Shown: positions 9,800 through 19,643, counted from the first letter of the stretch. The stretch is DNA of 64,000 nt from Vibrio sp. (GCA_047975485.1 JBKEDP010000021.1:1292-65291); one strand, 5' to 3'. Numbers and translations: made by a program. Notes: generated from the letters alone by a model not told the origin.

Positions 9800-10831
9800 T
9801 TAGTGAATATATCTTGTACATAAAAAATAGGTTATCAGTGTCACTAAAAATGGCACCAAGATGTGCAATATCTGTTGATTTTTCACACATTTAAAAAAAG
9901 GACTTAACTTAGTATTGAGATCAATTACCCCGTGGTTTTCTGAAACATTGTGATGACTAGCAACTTGGTGACTATCACGAAGATCTTGATTATCTAAAAC
10001 ATCATGGCTTGCAATTTCATCTTGAATATCAGGGTCTGCATGGCTTTCTATCTCCTCTTGAATATCCAGAGCGTCATAACTTTCAATCTCTTCTTGAAGA
10101 TCAGGGTCTGCATGGCTTTCAATTTCAACTTGAATATCTAAGTCATCATGACTTGCAATTTCATTTTGAATATTAAGAACATCATGGCTTTCAATTTCTT
10201 CTTTAATATCAAGATCGTCATGAATTTCAATTTCATCTTGATTTTCAAAAGCATCATGAGTATCGACTTTTCCTCGAATATAAGCAGGGTTATAAACTTC
10301 AATAACATCGAGCCTATCAAGGGCATCAATACGTTGAATGACTTCTTGAATATCAAGATTTTCAATCTCGTCTTCATAATCAAGAGCTTGAATACTCTTC
10401 ATAACGTCTTCAAAATCAAGCGCATTAAAACTTTCAATTTCATCTTGGAGGTCAAACTCCTCACGACTAATTAAAATTTTTTTATAGAGTTCTCTCTTAA
10501 TCTTCATATCTGACTCTATAAGTATAAGTTCAATGTCTTTTTGCAAGTCATAACCAAAACCTCTTACTGTTGTAATTGATTCCCCTTTGTAGCCAAGATT
10601 GGTAAATAGTCTGCGTAAATTGGCTATCGCTACATTTAAAGAATTTGTATAGCTCCTTGAATATACTTTTTTGCCTGGCCAACCAGCACGCAGTAAATCC
10701 CTTCGAGAAATGGCTCCATTTTGCATATATAGTGCGATCAAAATATTGATCTCACTTTTGGCAAGGGTATATCGAGAATCACCACATATTAAAGAAACAA
10801 ACCTTCTGCTTTCACAGATTTTCAACTTCAT
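9800..10831 (-). CDS. ToxR/CadC-like membrane-anchored winged-helix transcriptional regulator with an acidic repeat linker
   Basis: ISRRDLLRAGWPG...NSLNVAIANLRR...ITTVRGFGY Trans_reg_C motif; single C-terminal hydrophobic helix ILHILVPFLVTLITYFLC. Confidence 0.85.
   Translation of the reverse strand: MKLKICESRRFVSLICGDSRYTLAKSEINILIALYMQNGAISRRDLLRAGWPGKKVYSRSYTNSLNVAIANLRRLFTNLGYKGESITTVRGFGYDLQKDIELILIESDMKIKRELYKKILISREEFDLQDEIESFNALDFEDVMKSIQALDYEDEIENLDIQEVIQRIDALDRLDVIEVYNPAYIRGKVDTHDAFENQDEIEIHDDLDIKEEIESHDVLNIQNEIASHDDLDIQVEIESHADPDLQEEIESYDALDIQEEIESHADPDIQDEIASHDVLDNQDLRDSHQVASHHNVSENHGVIDLNTKLSPFFKCVKNQQILHILVPFLVTLITYFLCTRYIH
9968..10453 (-). repeat. Intragenic 36-bp (12-aa) degenerate repeat, consensus DIQEEIESHDxL
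   Basis: EIEIHDDL-DIKEEIESHDVL-NIQNEIASHDDL-DIQVEIESHADP-DLQEEIESYDAL-DIQEEIESHADP-DIQDEIASHDVL. Confidence 0.9.
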
Positions 10832-11254
10832 ATTTTTAACCAACTAAAAAAACGTAATGAAGATAAATAACCCAAATCCAGGTTAAATAATTTGTTAACT
10901 CCTCTCCCTTCTTTAACGGCTCTCTTTACTCCCCTTTCATTGTTCTGAACATCATTGAGTAACGATGTGTACTCAAAGTTGGAGGATCTATAATGATGAG
11001 ACTAATCCCAACCAACATAACTAAAAGGAGATTTTTAATTTTTATAAAATCAGCCTTACGCTGCATGTGGGCATTCTACAAAAAACGAATTTCAAAAAAG
11101 AAAAAAAGGGAAAAAGAACCTAAGGCATGCAAAGAATACCTAAAAAAAAATCAGTGTAGTATTAAATTAATCTTAAATTAATCTTAAAAAAATCATTCCA
11201 CCAACCTAAAAAAGCCTTTAAATCATGCACTTAAAAGAACACAAAAAGATAAAA

Positions 11255-11270
11255 CGTGACATCGATCACA
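11255..11270. promoter_or_regulatory. CRP-like site upstream of the wHTH regulator
   Basis: CGTGA-CATCGA-TCACA versus consensus TGTGA-N6-TCACA. Confidence 0.55.
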
Positions 11271-11460
11271 TTTCGGAATTATTGCAAGCGTTTTGACCTG
11301 TTCTAAAAAAATCTAAAATCGAAATTTAGCTATAAAACATAAAATCTTGATCACACTTTCATATAAAAAGTAAAAAAAAGAACCGCAAACCATCCGATTT
11401 TTTACTTTTAAAAAATAAAAAAACATAAATTGCACATGAAAAATAAAAAATTGCGCATAA

Positions 11461-11489
11461 AAAAAGTGGTCAATTTTCATTGACCACTT
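11461..11489 (-). terminator. Terminator downstream of pelW
   Basis: AAGTGGTCAAT-tttc-ATTGACCACTT hairpin with an A-run. Confidence 0.65.
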
Positions 11490-11558
11490 AGGTTAACTAT
11501 TTCTTATTTAAGCCAGCTTTTTTATCTGAGCTAGTGTTTTATCAAGGTAAGCGTTTTA

Positions 11559-13187
11559 TCAGGCTAACGTCACACCGTAAATCACATCACGGTCGTAGAC
11601 TGTTTCAATGCCTTCTTCTCGCATTTGTTCACCATGTAAATAACCGCCACTTGAAATATGAGTCGGTAATTTCGAATAAACACCATTATGTGCCGCTTCT
11701 AATGCAACAAGAGCGAATGGCGCTGGGTGATCGAAACGGCTAAATTGATGTTTTTCAGAATCGACAAAGAAATCACGGTGATACATTTTCTCAACGATGT
11801 TTTCCCCGATTCTATCTGCTAATTGCAAAATACGGTCTTGTTTGCTGTGTTGGTATAAATCTAACAAAGCAAATAACAAGTACGGTGAAGCAATTTCTGT
11901 GGTTGGATTCACTTCTGTCACCATCATAGAATTTGGCTCAATCAAACCTAATTCAAAGCGGGCAAACATGGTCGCAGTCAGTTGTTTTAACTCGATGTCG
12001 TCACTTATTAAGCTAGCTCGAATAAGCGGCAGTAAATAAGCTGGATCAGCTGGTTGACGTTTTAATTCCGTGCCTTTTTTGCCGTAATAGCCGTGACGTT
12101 TGAATACATAGCCCGTCATGTCTTGGCCACTGTTCCACATTGGAATGATCTCGTTATCTAATGTTTCCCATGCATGCTTGAAGTAAGCTTTAATACCTGC
12201 AATTGCCCAATGCAGCATGTCTTCATCACCCGTTTTCTTAGCACTTTCTATAATCGCTAACGGGTTATCAACTACCACAGGCCAACAGTCGCGGAATAAT
12301 ACATTCGCTTCTCGAGCAATCGCACCAAATTCAGGGCCGAATTGACGTTTTGCACGGTCGCCAAACCATGAATAAGTCAGTTTATCGTCATCTGGAATAG
12401 GTTCACGTTGTAGTGGAGACGAGAACTGATAAACAGGCATGCCCGTTTCAGGATGGCGCGCTAACACAAATTGCTTATATAAGTGTTTCGCCCACATTTC
12501 AGCGTGGATGTTATCTTTGTATTGAGCAAAATGTGTTGCAGCATAAATCAGATCCGTTGATGCATTTACAAAAGTTAAGCCAACAGTTTCTGGTAATTCA
12601 GGCCATTTCGCAGGATCGACAACCGGCTCTGGCTGGTAATAAGCAAACACGTTATCAATTGGTTTCTTGCCATATTGTCCGTGACGACTTAAATCGAGTT
12701 TTTGCCAATCCAAAACGTGCGCCGCCCAAAAACCATGTAAGTATTTTGCGGTTTTTTCAGGATCAACTTTATGCAACAAATCGTAGTACGGGAAATGGTG
12801 CTTTAATTCATGCACTCGTTCTTTACTCGCTGGGCCTTCGATTTCGCCGGTTTCTTGGTTAATGAATCGGTGGCCGCCCCAGTTAAACAAACCGCTTGCT
12901 TCATCAGTGTATCTATCTAAAAACTGCTTAGTTAAGGTTTCAGCAAATTCTTGCCATTTGGAATCGCCGGTCACATGGGACAAGCTCACCAAGCCTCTCA
13001 ACACGTTTTGTTGGCTTGCAAAGTTGCTCATTACAGCGGTTGAACCATCAGGGTAAGTCCACTTCACTGGCTTTTTAGTAATGGTATCAACGCCATCCGC
13101 TAATAAGCATAAATCCTGATTCACGTATTGATGAATAAGGCGAGAGTAGTAATCCGTTAACAGTGGTACATAAGAATAGCGTGTCAT
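11559..13187 (-). CDS. pelW: Cytoplasmic exopolygalacturonate/oligogalacturonate lyase (PL2)
   Basis: SNFASQQN, WGGHRF, VHELKHHFPYY, YSWFGDRAKRQFGPEFG PL2 motifs; no signal peptide; start MTRYSY after GGAGG, overlapping the upstream stop. Confidence 0.88.
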   Translation of the reverse strand: MTRYSYVPLLTDYYSRLIHQYVNQDLCLLADGVDTITKKPVKWTYPDGSTAVMSNFASQQNVLRGLVSLSHVTGDSKWQEFAETLTKQFLDRYTDEASGLFNWGGHRFINQETGEIEGPASKERVHELKHHFPYYDLLHKVDPEKTAKYLHGFWAAHVLDWQKLDLSRHGQYGKKPIDNVFAYYQPEPVVDPAKWPELPETVGLTFVNASTDLIYAATHFAQYKDNIHAEMWAKHLYKQFVLARHPETGMPVYQFSSPLQREPIPDDDKLTYSWFGDRAKRQFGPEFGAIAREANVLFRDCWPVVVDNPLAIIESAKKTGDEDMLHWAIAGIKAYFKHAWETLDNEIIPMWNSGQDMTGYVFKRHGYYGKKGTELKRQPADPAYLLPLIRASLISDDIELKQLTATMFARFELGLIEPNSMMVTEVNPTTEIASPYLLFALLDLYQHSKQDRILQLADRIGENIVEKMYHRDFFVDSEKHQFSRFDHPAPFALVALEAAHNGVYSKLPTHISSGGYLHGEQMREEGIETVYDRDVIYGVTLA

Positions 13188-14311
13188 ATTTCCTCCGAAA
13201 TTGACGATAAAAAACGAGGCTGCGAGACATGTGAAAAAGAATGCGGCAGCCATGAAGATAAGTGAGTACTAACTTGCTGAATTCGTTGTTTAAACTCAGC
13301 ATGGGATAAAAAGAGTTCAAAGTGAAGAGGTTCAGGATCTATTTTTAAAGATAAAGAATTTTGCTGATGAAAGCGGACATTACCGAACTCTTCGAATCGA
13401 GCATCATCTTGTGGATTGAACCATTGAACTTCGCCATTTTTTGCTTTGCCTGACATGCGATCCCAACCATAAATATGATCATCAATCTGGCAGTAAAACA
13501 AAGCGCAATGGCCGATTGCATCTGGGTTGGCGTACTTGCCATCACTAAACTCTTTAGTTGGGTGCCAAGGCCGTCCAAGTGCATAGCTATTAACTGGCAC
13601 ATTGGCTTCTTTTAATAAGCGGCACTGCCAGAAAACAAAACCTAACTCTTGAGAAATATCGGTACTTGGTGCAGTGAGATAGCCATAAGGTTGAAGAATG
13701 GGATCATCACGATCTCTGGCAATCACATCACACTGATAGAACACGGCATTACCTGAGCCAAAAATAAAATCTATCGCACCACTTATTTGGCATTGAGTGA
13801 AATAACTGCTTCCGCTTTCTATAAACAAGGTGTCGTGATAGCTTTCTAAATTGAGATCTTGGCACAGCACTTTATCGCTGTTTCGGCCAAGTAATAACGC
13901 AACAGACTGACTGTGGGTGATCCGCTGATCATCTGGCAAAGCTTGATTGGCGAGAAAATCAAAATCATTACGAATGGTGCAATCAGAAATCGCACATTGT
14001 TTGGCATCGATACAAACAGTGCGTGAGCCATAAGTTCCGGGAATGCTGCCGTCAGCTTGGATCTTTTGGTTATAGCACGCTGCGGTAATAATAGTTTTGT
14101 CTTTACCACTGCCGATTAACTGTACCTTGTCTCGCTGTAACCAAATTCGCTCGTAATATACGCCTTCACCAATATTAATAATGCAGGGTGTACCATTGTT
14201 AGGCAGAGAATCAATCGCTTGCTGAATAGACGAAAACGCACCTGGTTTTGGTGTTTTAGACACAACAATTTCAGAATGTGTTACCTGAAAATTTGATTCC
14301 CGATCTGGCAT
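13184..14311 (-). CDS. Pectin methylesterase (CE8), no signal peptide
   Basis: GEGVYYE, QSVAL, YHDTL, GAIDFIFG, LGRPW motifs. Confidence 0.9.
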   Translation of the reverse strand: MPDRESNFQVTHSEIVVSKTPKPGAFSSIQQAIDSLPNNGTPCIINIGEGVYYERIWLQRDKVQLIGSGKDKTIITAACYNQKIQADGSIPGTYGSRTVCIDAKQCAISDCTIRNDFDFLANQALPDDQRITHSQSVALLLGRNSDKVLCQDLNLESYHDTLFIESGSSYFTQCQISGAIDFIFGSGNAVFYQCDVIARDRDDPILQPYGYLTAPSTDISQELGFVFWQCRLLKEANVPVNSYALGRPWHPTKEFSDGKYANPDAIGHCALFYCQIDDHIYGWDRMSGKAKNGEVQWFNPQDDARFEEFGNVRFHQQNSLSLKIDPEPLHFELFLSHAEFKQRIQQVSTHLSSWLPHSFSHVSQPRFLSSISEEI

Positions 14312-14449
14312 AGCGATTAATAGTCCAACATTACAAATATTCTTTAGGTTAAATCAGCTATTAATCTAAAAAATACTTCTCGGTTAATAAGAAAAACCCT
14401 ACCCCACGCGGGGTGAGATAGGGTTATATTTGAAAGTCTTAACTAAAAA

Positions 14450-15730
14450 TTATTTAGTTAGTTTTTTCATTAAGCGAGTACCTTTGCTTAGGAAAGATTT
14501 CGCTGCTTCTTCAACAGTTGATTGACCGTAGTCGATGTGCTGCATTTCTTCACCGAACAATTCTAGCAATTGAGCGTTATCTGTGAATGGTGTAGCAGAG
14601 ATTTTCTTAGGTGCATCAAGTGCTTGTTGGTAGCCTTGGTATTGAAGGCTGTCTTTATCCAATTGACCAGCTTCGATTAGTGTTGCGTTAGCAGCTTTAC
14701 TTAGTGGGATACTACGAGTCAAACCAAGTGCTTTAACACCATCTGGATCGTTCATTAGGAAGTTCACTAGCTTAGCCGCTTCTTCAGGGTGCTTAGTGTT
14801 ACGACCAATTGAGAACAACATAGATGGGCGAGATAGCAAGCCTGAATCTGTTGCATCTGCAGTCATTGGGTAAGGAGCAAGTTCAAGTTTCATTGGTGGC
14901 TTCAAGTTATCAGCGTATTTCGCGATAGCTGAATCCCACATGTAAACACCACCGAACTCACCGTCGATCCATGGGCGCATTTCATACATGTTTGCACGGC
15001 CGTAAGAAGCGAATTCTTTTGTTGATGGGTAAACGTGGTTTTTGATTTGATCTGCGTACAATTGGAAGAATTCAGTCATTTCTTTTTCGTTGTACTGAAT
15101 TAGACCATTTTGATCCATGATGTCTTTATTGTGTTTTTGGATCATTAGCGAGCGGTTCATTGCGAATACGTCAATCGCTTCTAGCGCAAGTGGGTAGTAT
15201 TTGTCACCCAATTTTTCTTTGAACGCTAGACCCGCTTTCATTAGGTCATCCCAGTTTTGTGGGTATGCTACGCCAGCTTTATCCCAAGTCGCTTTGTTGT
15301 AGTAGAAAACACGAGAAGTCATACCAACAGACAAGCCGTTTAGTTTGCCAGCGAAAGTGTTCATTGCGATAGAATCAGGCGTGAAGTTATCCATGCCTAG
15401 TTGGCCTTTAAGCTGATTCATATCGTAGAAACCTTTACCATCTTTAGAGAAGATTGGCATCCAGTTCCAGTTAGTTTGCATTACATCTGGCTCAGTGTTA
15501 CCCGCGATTTGCGTAGTTAGACGAGACAAGTGACCATCCCAACCTGTGTACTCACCCTTAACTGTGATATCTGGGTACTTTTCATGGAATTTTTCTAATG
15601 CTGCGTTAGTTGCTTGGTGACGATCATTACCGCCCCACCAAGACATACGTAATTCCACATTCGCAAATGCACTTGCAGACATAACTGCTAGAGCTAGCGT
15701 AGTCACAGATGTTACTAGATGTTTTTTCAT
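14450..15730 (-). CDS. togB: Oligogalacturonide ABC transporter substrate-binding protein
   Basis: Signal peptide, LRMSWWGGNDRH, EYTGWDGHLSRLTTQIAGNTEPDVMQTNWNW. Confidence 0.9.
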   Translation of the reverse strand: MKKHLVTSVTTLALAVMSASAFANVELRMSWWGGNDRHQATNAALEKFHEKYPDITVKGEYTGWDGHLSRLTTQIAGNTEPDVMQTNWNWMPIFSKDGKGFYDMNQLKGQLGMDNFTPDSIAMNTFAGKLNGLSVGMTSRVFYYNKATWDKAGVAYPQNWDDLMKAGLAFKEKLGDKYYPLALEAIDVFAMNRSLMIQKHNKDIMDQNGLIQYNEKEMTEFFQLYADQIKNHVYPSTKEFASYGRANMYEMRPWIDGEFGGVYMWDSAIAKYADNLKPPMKLELAPYPMTADATDSGLLSRPSMLFSIGRNTKHPEEAAKLVNFLMNDPDGVKALGLTRSIPLSKAANATLIEAGQLDKDSLQYQGYQQALDAPKKISATPFTDNAQLLELFGEEMQHIDYGQSTVEEAAKSFLSKGTRLMKKLTK

Positions 15731-15768
15731 ATTTATTAGTCCTTCAATTATTGTTTTTAAACCTTCCT

Positions 15769-15806
15769 ATTTGGAGCTTCGATATGCCCTATCTCGGCTC
15801 CAAATA
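15769..15806 (-). other. Intergenic hairpin between togA and togB (possible mRNA processing/stabilising element)
   Basis: ATTTGGAGC...GCTCCAAAT inverted repeat. Confidence 0.45.
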
Positions 15807-15828
15807 TTCAGAACTTTCAAATGTTCTA

Positions 15829-16965
15829 TTAATCAGCTAAAGAGATATTCTTTTCAGTTACTGCATCAAATACATGCGCTTTTTCTAGATGAACTTTAAA
15901 GCGTACGTTTTTCTCAGTACCGAAACCGACACGGCTCTTAACTACATCTACTGGTACACGTGCAGTTAGTGTGTGGTTACCTGCTTTGAAGTAAACAAAC
16001 ACTTCGTGGCCCATGTTTTCCATACGGATGATGTCACCACGGATTACGTTAGAATCGTCATCTTCTTCTGTTGCAACTGTGATGTTATCTGGACGGATAC
16101 CAAATACTGTTTTGGTGTAGCCATTTAGACGAATATTGCCCGCTTTTTCTTTAGGAAGAAGTAGACGCTGACCTTCGAATACCACGTATAGGTCGCTACC
16201 TTCGTCATCAATTTGAACTTCATGCAGGTTCATTTCTGGTGCACCGATAAAGCCTGCCACGAACATATTGCGTGGGTTGTTGTATAGCTCTTCAGGTGTA
16301 TCCACTTGCATGATTTCACCAAGTTTCATTACACAAATACGGTCACCCATGGTCATTGCTTCTGTTTGGTCATGCGTTACGTAAACAGAAGTTGCTGGGT
16401 GCTTACTTGCTTTAAGATGCTTGTGAATATCAGAGATACGAACACGCATCGAAGCACGCAATTTTGCATCAAGGTTAGAAAGTGGTTCATCGAACAAGAA
16501 CACTTCTGGTTTTTTCACGATTGCACGGCCTACTGCCACACGTTGCGCCTGACCACCAGAAAGCTGACGAGGAAGACGATCTAATAGATCTTCGATTTCA
16601 AGAATTTGTGCTGCTTCTTTTACACGAACATCGATTTCTTCTTTTGGTAATTTTTGTAGTTTCAAACCAAACGCTAGGTTCTCTTCCACTGTCATGTGTG
16701 GGTAAAGAGCGTAGTTTTGGAACACCATCGCAATGCCGCGATCTTTTGGTGCTAGGTTGTTTACTACACGGTCACCAATGTGGATTTCGCCGCCACTGAT
16801 GTTTTCCAAACCAGCTAACATACGAAGTGTTGTTGATTTAGCACAACCAGATGGACCTACGATTACTAGGAATTCACCATCTTGAATTGTTAGATCGATA
16901 CCGTGTACCGCTTTAAAACCATTTGAATATACTTTTTCTAATTTTTTAAATTGAACTTGAGCCAT
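15829..16965 (-). CDS. togA: Oligogalacturonide ABC transporter ATPase
   Basis: GPSGCAKST Walker A, LSGGQAQR, FLFDEPLSNLD. Confidence 0.9.
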   Translation of the reverse strand: MAQVQFKKLEKVYSNGFKAVHGIDLTIQDGEFLVIVGPSGCAKSTTLRMLAGLENISGGEIHIGDRVVNNLAPKDRGIAMVFQNYALYPHMTVEENLAFGLKLQKLPKEEIDVRVKEAAQILEIEDLLDRLPRQLSGGQAQRVAVGRAIVKKPEVFLFDEPLSNLDAKLRASMRVRISDIHKHLKASKHPATSVYVTHDQTEAMTMGDRICVMKLGEIMQVDTPEELYNNPRNMFVAGFIGAPEMNLHEVQIDDEGSDLYVVFEGQRLLLPKEKAGNIRLNGYTKTVFGIRPDNITVATEEDDDSNVIRGDIIRMENMGHEVFVYFKAGNHTLTARVPVDVVKSRVGFGTEKNVRFKVHLEKAHVFDAVTEKNISLAD

Positions 16966-16982
16966 AATTTTTTACTCCAAAC

Positions 16983-17909
16983 TTAACCTTTAATGCCGCT
17001 ATTTGAGACGCCTTCAACAAAGTACTTCTGAGACATGAAGAACACGATGATTGAAGGGATAATTGCGATAGACGCCATTGCTAGAATTTCATTCCAACGC
17101 GCACCTTCTGTAACGTCGATAGACATTTTCAGAGCTAGAGCGATTGGGTACTTCTCTACGCTTGATACGTAGATAAGTGGACCTAAGAAGTCATTTACCG
17201 ACCACATGAACTGGAATAGAGCTACAGAGATGATCGCTGGGCGAATAACTGGAACCACTACGTGCCATAGCACTTGGAACGAGTTACAACCATCAATCAT
17301 TGCCGCTTCTTCCATATCTGTTGGGATACCACGAAGGAACTGAACCAACATGAATACGAAGAAACCTTGTGTTGCAAATGCCAGTGGTAAGTACAACGGT
17401 AAGTAACTATCCAATAGACCCATTTCACGGAACATTAGGTATTGAGGGATCAATAGAACCGTTTGAGGTAAAAGGATGGTTGCGATTAGTGTTGCAAACC
17501 AGAACTTCTTAAATGGGATCTCAAAACGAGCGAAGCCGTAAGCTACAATCGTAGAAGAAACCACTGTTAAGAACACTTTTGGCAATACATATAAGAAAGT
17601 ATTGATAATGTAGTGACCGAAAGTAAATTCTGTACCGGTTTTCCAACCATTAATGAATCCGTCTAAGCTCCATTCCTTTGGAATCAGACTCATTGATGTG
17701 AAGATCTCATGGTTTGGTTTTAGTGACGCTGTGAACATCCAAAGTAATGGATATAGCATCATGAAACCGACAACGATAAGAACTGTATAACGAATAAAAG
17801 CGTTAATTTTTTCACGACGAAGCGTGCGGTTATTCTCTGCGTTAGCGGCTGCGGAAGACAGTTCCATGCTTGAATTTTCCATTTTGTTTTCTTTAGCTAA
17901 TGTACTCAT
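16983..17909 (-). CDS. togN: Oligogalacturonide ABC transporter permease
   Basis: CUT1 permease EAA motif (MEEAAMIDG); operon context. Confidence 0.88.
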   Translation of the reverse strand: MSTLAKENKMENSSMELSSAAANAENNRTLRREKINAFIRYTVLIVVGFMMLYPLLWMFTASLKPNHEIFTSMSLIPKEWSLDGFINGWKTGTEFTFGHYIINTFLYVLPKVFLTVVSSTIVAYGFARFEIPFKKFWFATLIATILLPQTVLLIPQYLMFREMGLLDSYLPLYLPLAFATQGFFVFMLVQFLRGIPTDMEEAAMIDGCNSFQVLWHVVVPVIRPAIISVALFQFMWSVNDFLGPLIYVSSVEKYPIALALKMSIDVTEGARWNEILAMASIAIIPSIIVFFMSQKYFVEGVSNSGIKG

Positions 17910-17911
17910 AA

Positions 17912-18796
17912 TTATTTCCCGCCTTTATCGCCAGAGTAGAACACCCAGTATTTAGAAGAGCGGAACGTAATTGCTGTAAAGATTGCAACTACTACAAACA
18001 ATGCCCAAGCCAACGCACTACCGTAGCCCATGTCAAAGAATTTGAACGCTGTTTCGTAAATATATAGAGAAATTAAGTAAGTAGACTTCATTGGACCACC
18101 GCCAGTTACAACATATGGTGCTGTAAACTCTTGGAACGCTTGAGTGGTTTGCATGATGAAGTTAAAGAAGATAACTGGTGTAATTAGAGGCACAGTTACT
18201 TTCATGAACATTTGCCACTTGCTCGCACCATCAATCATTGCAGCTTCATACTGAGATTGTGGAACGTTTTGTAGCGCAGCTAGGAAGATAACCATCGCTG
18301 AACCAAACTGCCATGCACGAAGCAAAGTGATTGATAATAGTGCGAAAGAAGGTTCACCTAACCAGTTGATAGGATCAAAACCGATCACGCCTAACATGCC
18401 ATTTAGTACGCCATCAATTGCGAACAAGGCACGCCATAAAACGGCGATAGCAATACTACTACCCAAGATAGATGGGATGTAATAAGCCGTACGGAAGAAG
18501 CCAATACCACGAAGTTTAAAGTTCAGGATAAAAGCGATAAGAAGTGCGAAAGCTAGTTTCACTGGAATGGTCAAGAAAACGTACATAAATGTAACGCTCA
18601 TTGACTTCCAAAACGTGTCATCTTCAAAAAGCATGTAATGATAGTTGTCTAAGCCAACAAAGTCTGGCGTAGTCATCAGATCATAGTCTGTAAAGCTCAT
18701 AAAAAATGACGATATAAATGGAAAAGCAGTGAACATTATCAACCCGATAATATAGGGAGATAAGTATGCTAATCCTAATCTACGATTTTCATACAT
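17912..18796 (-). CDS. togM: Oligogalacturonide ABC transporter permease
   Basis: Start MYENRRLGLAYLSPY after AAGGA; YEAAMIDGA motif. Confidence 0.88.
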   Translation of the reverse strand: MYENRRLGLAYLSPYIIGLIMFTAFPFISSFFMSFTDYDLMTTPDFVGLDNYHYMLFEDDTFWKSMSVTFMYVFLTIPVKLAFALLIAFILNFKLRGIGFFRTAYYIPSILGSSIAIAVLWRALFAIDGVLNGMLGVIGFDPINWLGEPSFALLSITLLRAWQFGSAMVIFLAALQNVPQSQYEAAMIDGASKWQMFMKVTVPLITPVIFFNFIMQTTQAFQEFTAPYVVTGGGPMKSTYLISLYIYETAFKFFDMGYGSALAWALFVVVAIFTAITFRSSKYWVFYSGDKGGK

Positions 18797-18939
18797 TTCC
18801 TTGTCCTCAATTAATGATAGATAGGCTGCCAAGGTAGAAATCAACCCTCTCAACACGACTTGGCAACACATACAAATTAATTGAGCATTTCAACAACTTC
18901 CATACAGAAAAAACAAAAGCGTGATCTTTGATCTCTTTT

Positions 18940-18958
18940 TATGGAACAATGTTTTAAA
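18940..18958. promoter_or_regulatory. KdgR-like operator upstream of togM
   Basis: TATGGAACAATGTTTTAAA resembles the KdgR palindrome AATRAAAYRnYRTTTYATT. Confidence 0.55.
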
Positions 18959-19151
18959 TTATTTAACCGATCTCTAAATTTTTAGATTCTCAAAAATAAA
19001 ACAGCATTTCTTTTTGTGAAGAACTTAAAACTTATACCAAAGTCTAAAGAAACAAAAAGCAAACAAACAGTAACATTTTGATTTTTATGAATTTAAACTA
19101 GAAAAAGCACACCTTTTATAAGCTATAAACTTATCTAAATCCTTATTTATT

Positions 19152-19167
19152 TGTGATTTAAATCACA
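19152..19167. promoter_or_regulatory. CRP site (perfect palindrome)
   Basis: TGTGATTTAAATCACA; a second near-copy GATGATTTAAATCACA lies at ~19314-19329. Confidence 0.75.
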
Positions 19168-19171
19168 TTAG

Positions 19172-19293
19172 AACATTAATAATGTGCCACTAAAAAATAA
19201 GCAAAACATTAATAATGTGCTACTTAAGAATTAGTAAGAACATTAATAACGTGCCACTCACAATATACGTGCAAACATTAATAACGTGCTTCT
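19172..19293. repeat. Four interspaced 20-bp direct repeats AACATTAATAAYGTGCYWCT with palindromic core ACATTA-A-TAAYGT
   Basis: Copies at 19172, 19205, 19239 and 19274 (period 33-35 bp) with variable 13-15 bp spacers. Confidence 0.9.
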
Positions 19294-19643
19294 TCAGGTA
19301 TTTAAATGTAAAAGATGATTTAAATCACATAAAGGTGAAACAATCCCCTATTTATTAAAAATAAGTTTGCATGCTCAATAAAGTTACAAATTTTCTTGCC
19401 TTATAAATAAACTTTTTTATTAACTCTTCTTCCCAAAAGATCTCATCCGAAATTAATACTACTCTTCTCTATCCTTTGATTTTATTGGCGTAGCAAAAAT
19501 GGGGGCGATTGCTCTCTTTCTGCGATTTACATGCAGGTTGATTTTCGAGCACAAGCTGATGACCTTTTGTACAACCCTTGCAAGTTGCATCATTCAATGC
19601 TGAAAAAAGAGACAAGGATCACAGAACAAGAAAAATCACAAAA

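Noticed and set aside
10993..11181. 62-aa Lys-rich ORF
   Set aside because: Largely derived from poly-A tracts in AT-rich intergenic DNA; a GGAGG precedes it, so it is not fully excluded, but there is no other support
13188..13253. Longer pelW N-terminus that looks like a signal peptide (MAAAFFFTCLAAS...)
   Set aside because: It overlaps the PME gene; the start at 13187 has a GGAGG RBS and ATGA coupling, consistent with cytoplasmic PelW
19172..19293. Mini-CRISPR interpretation of the interspaced repeats
   Set aside because: Spacers of 13-15 bp and repeats of 20 bp are too short, and no cas genes are present
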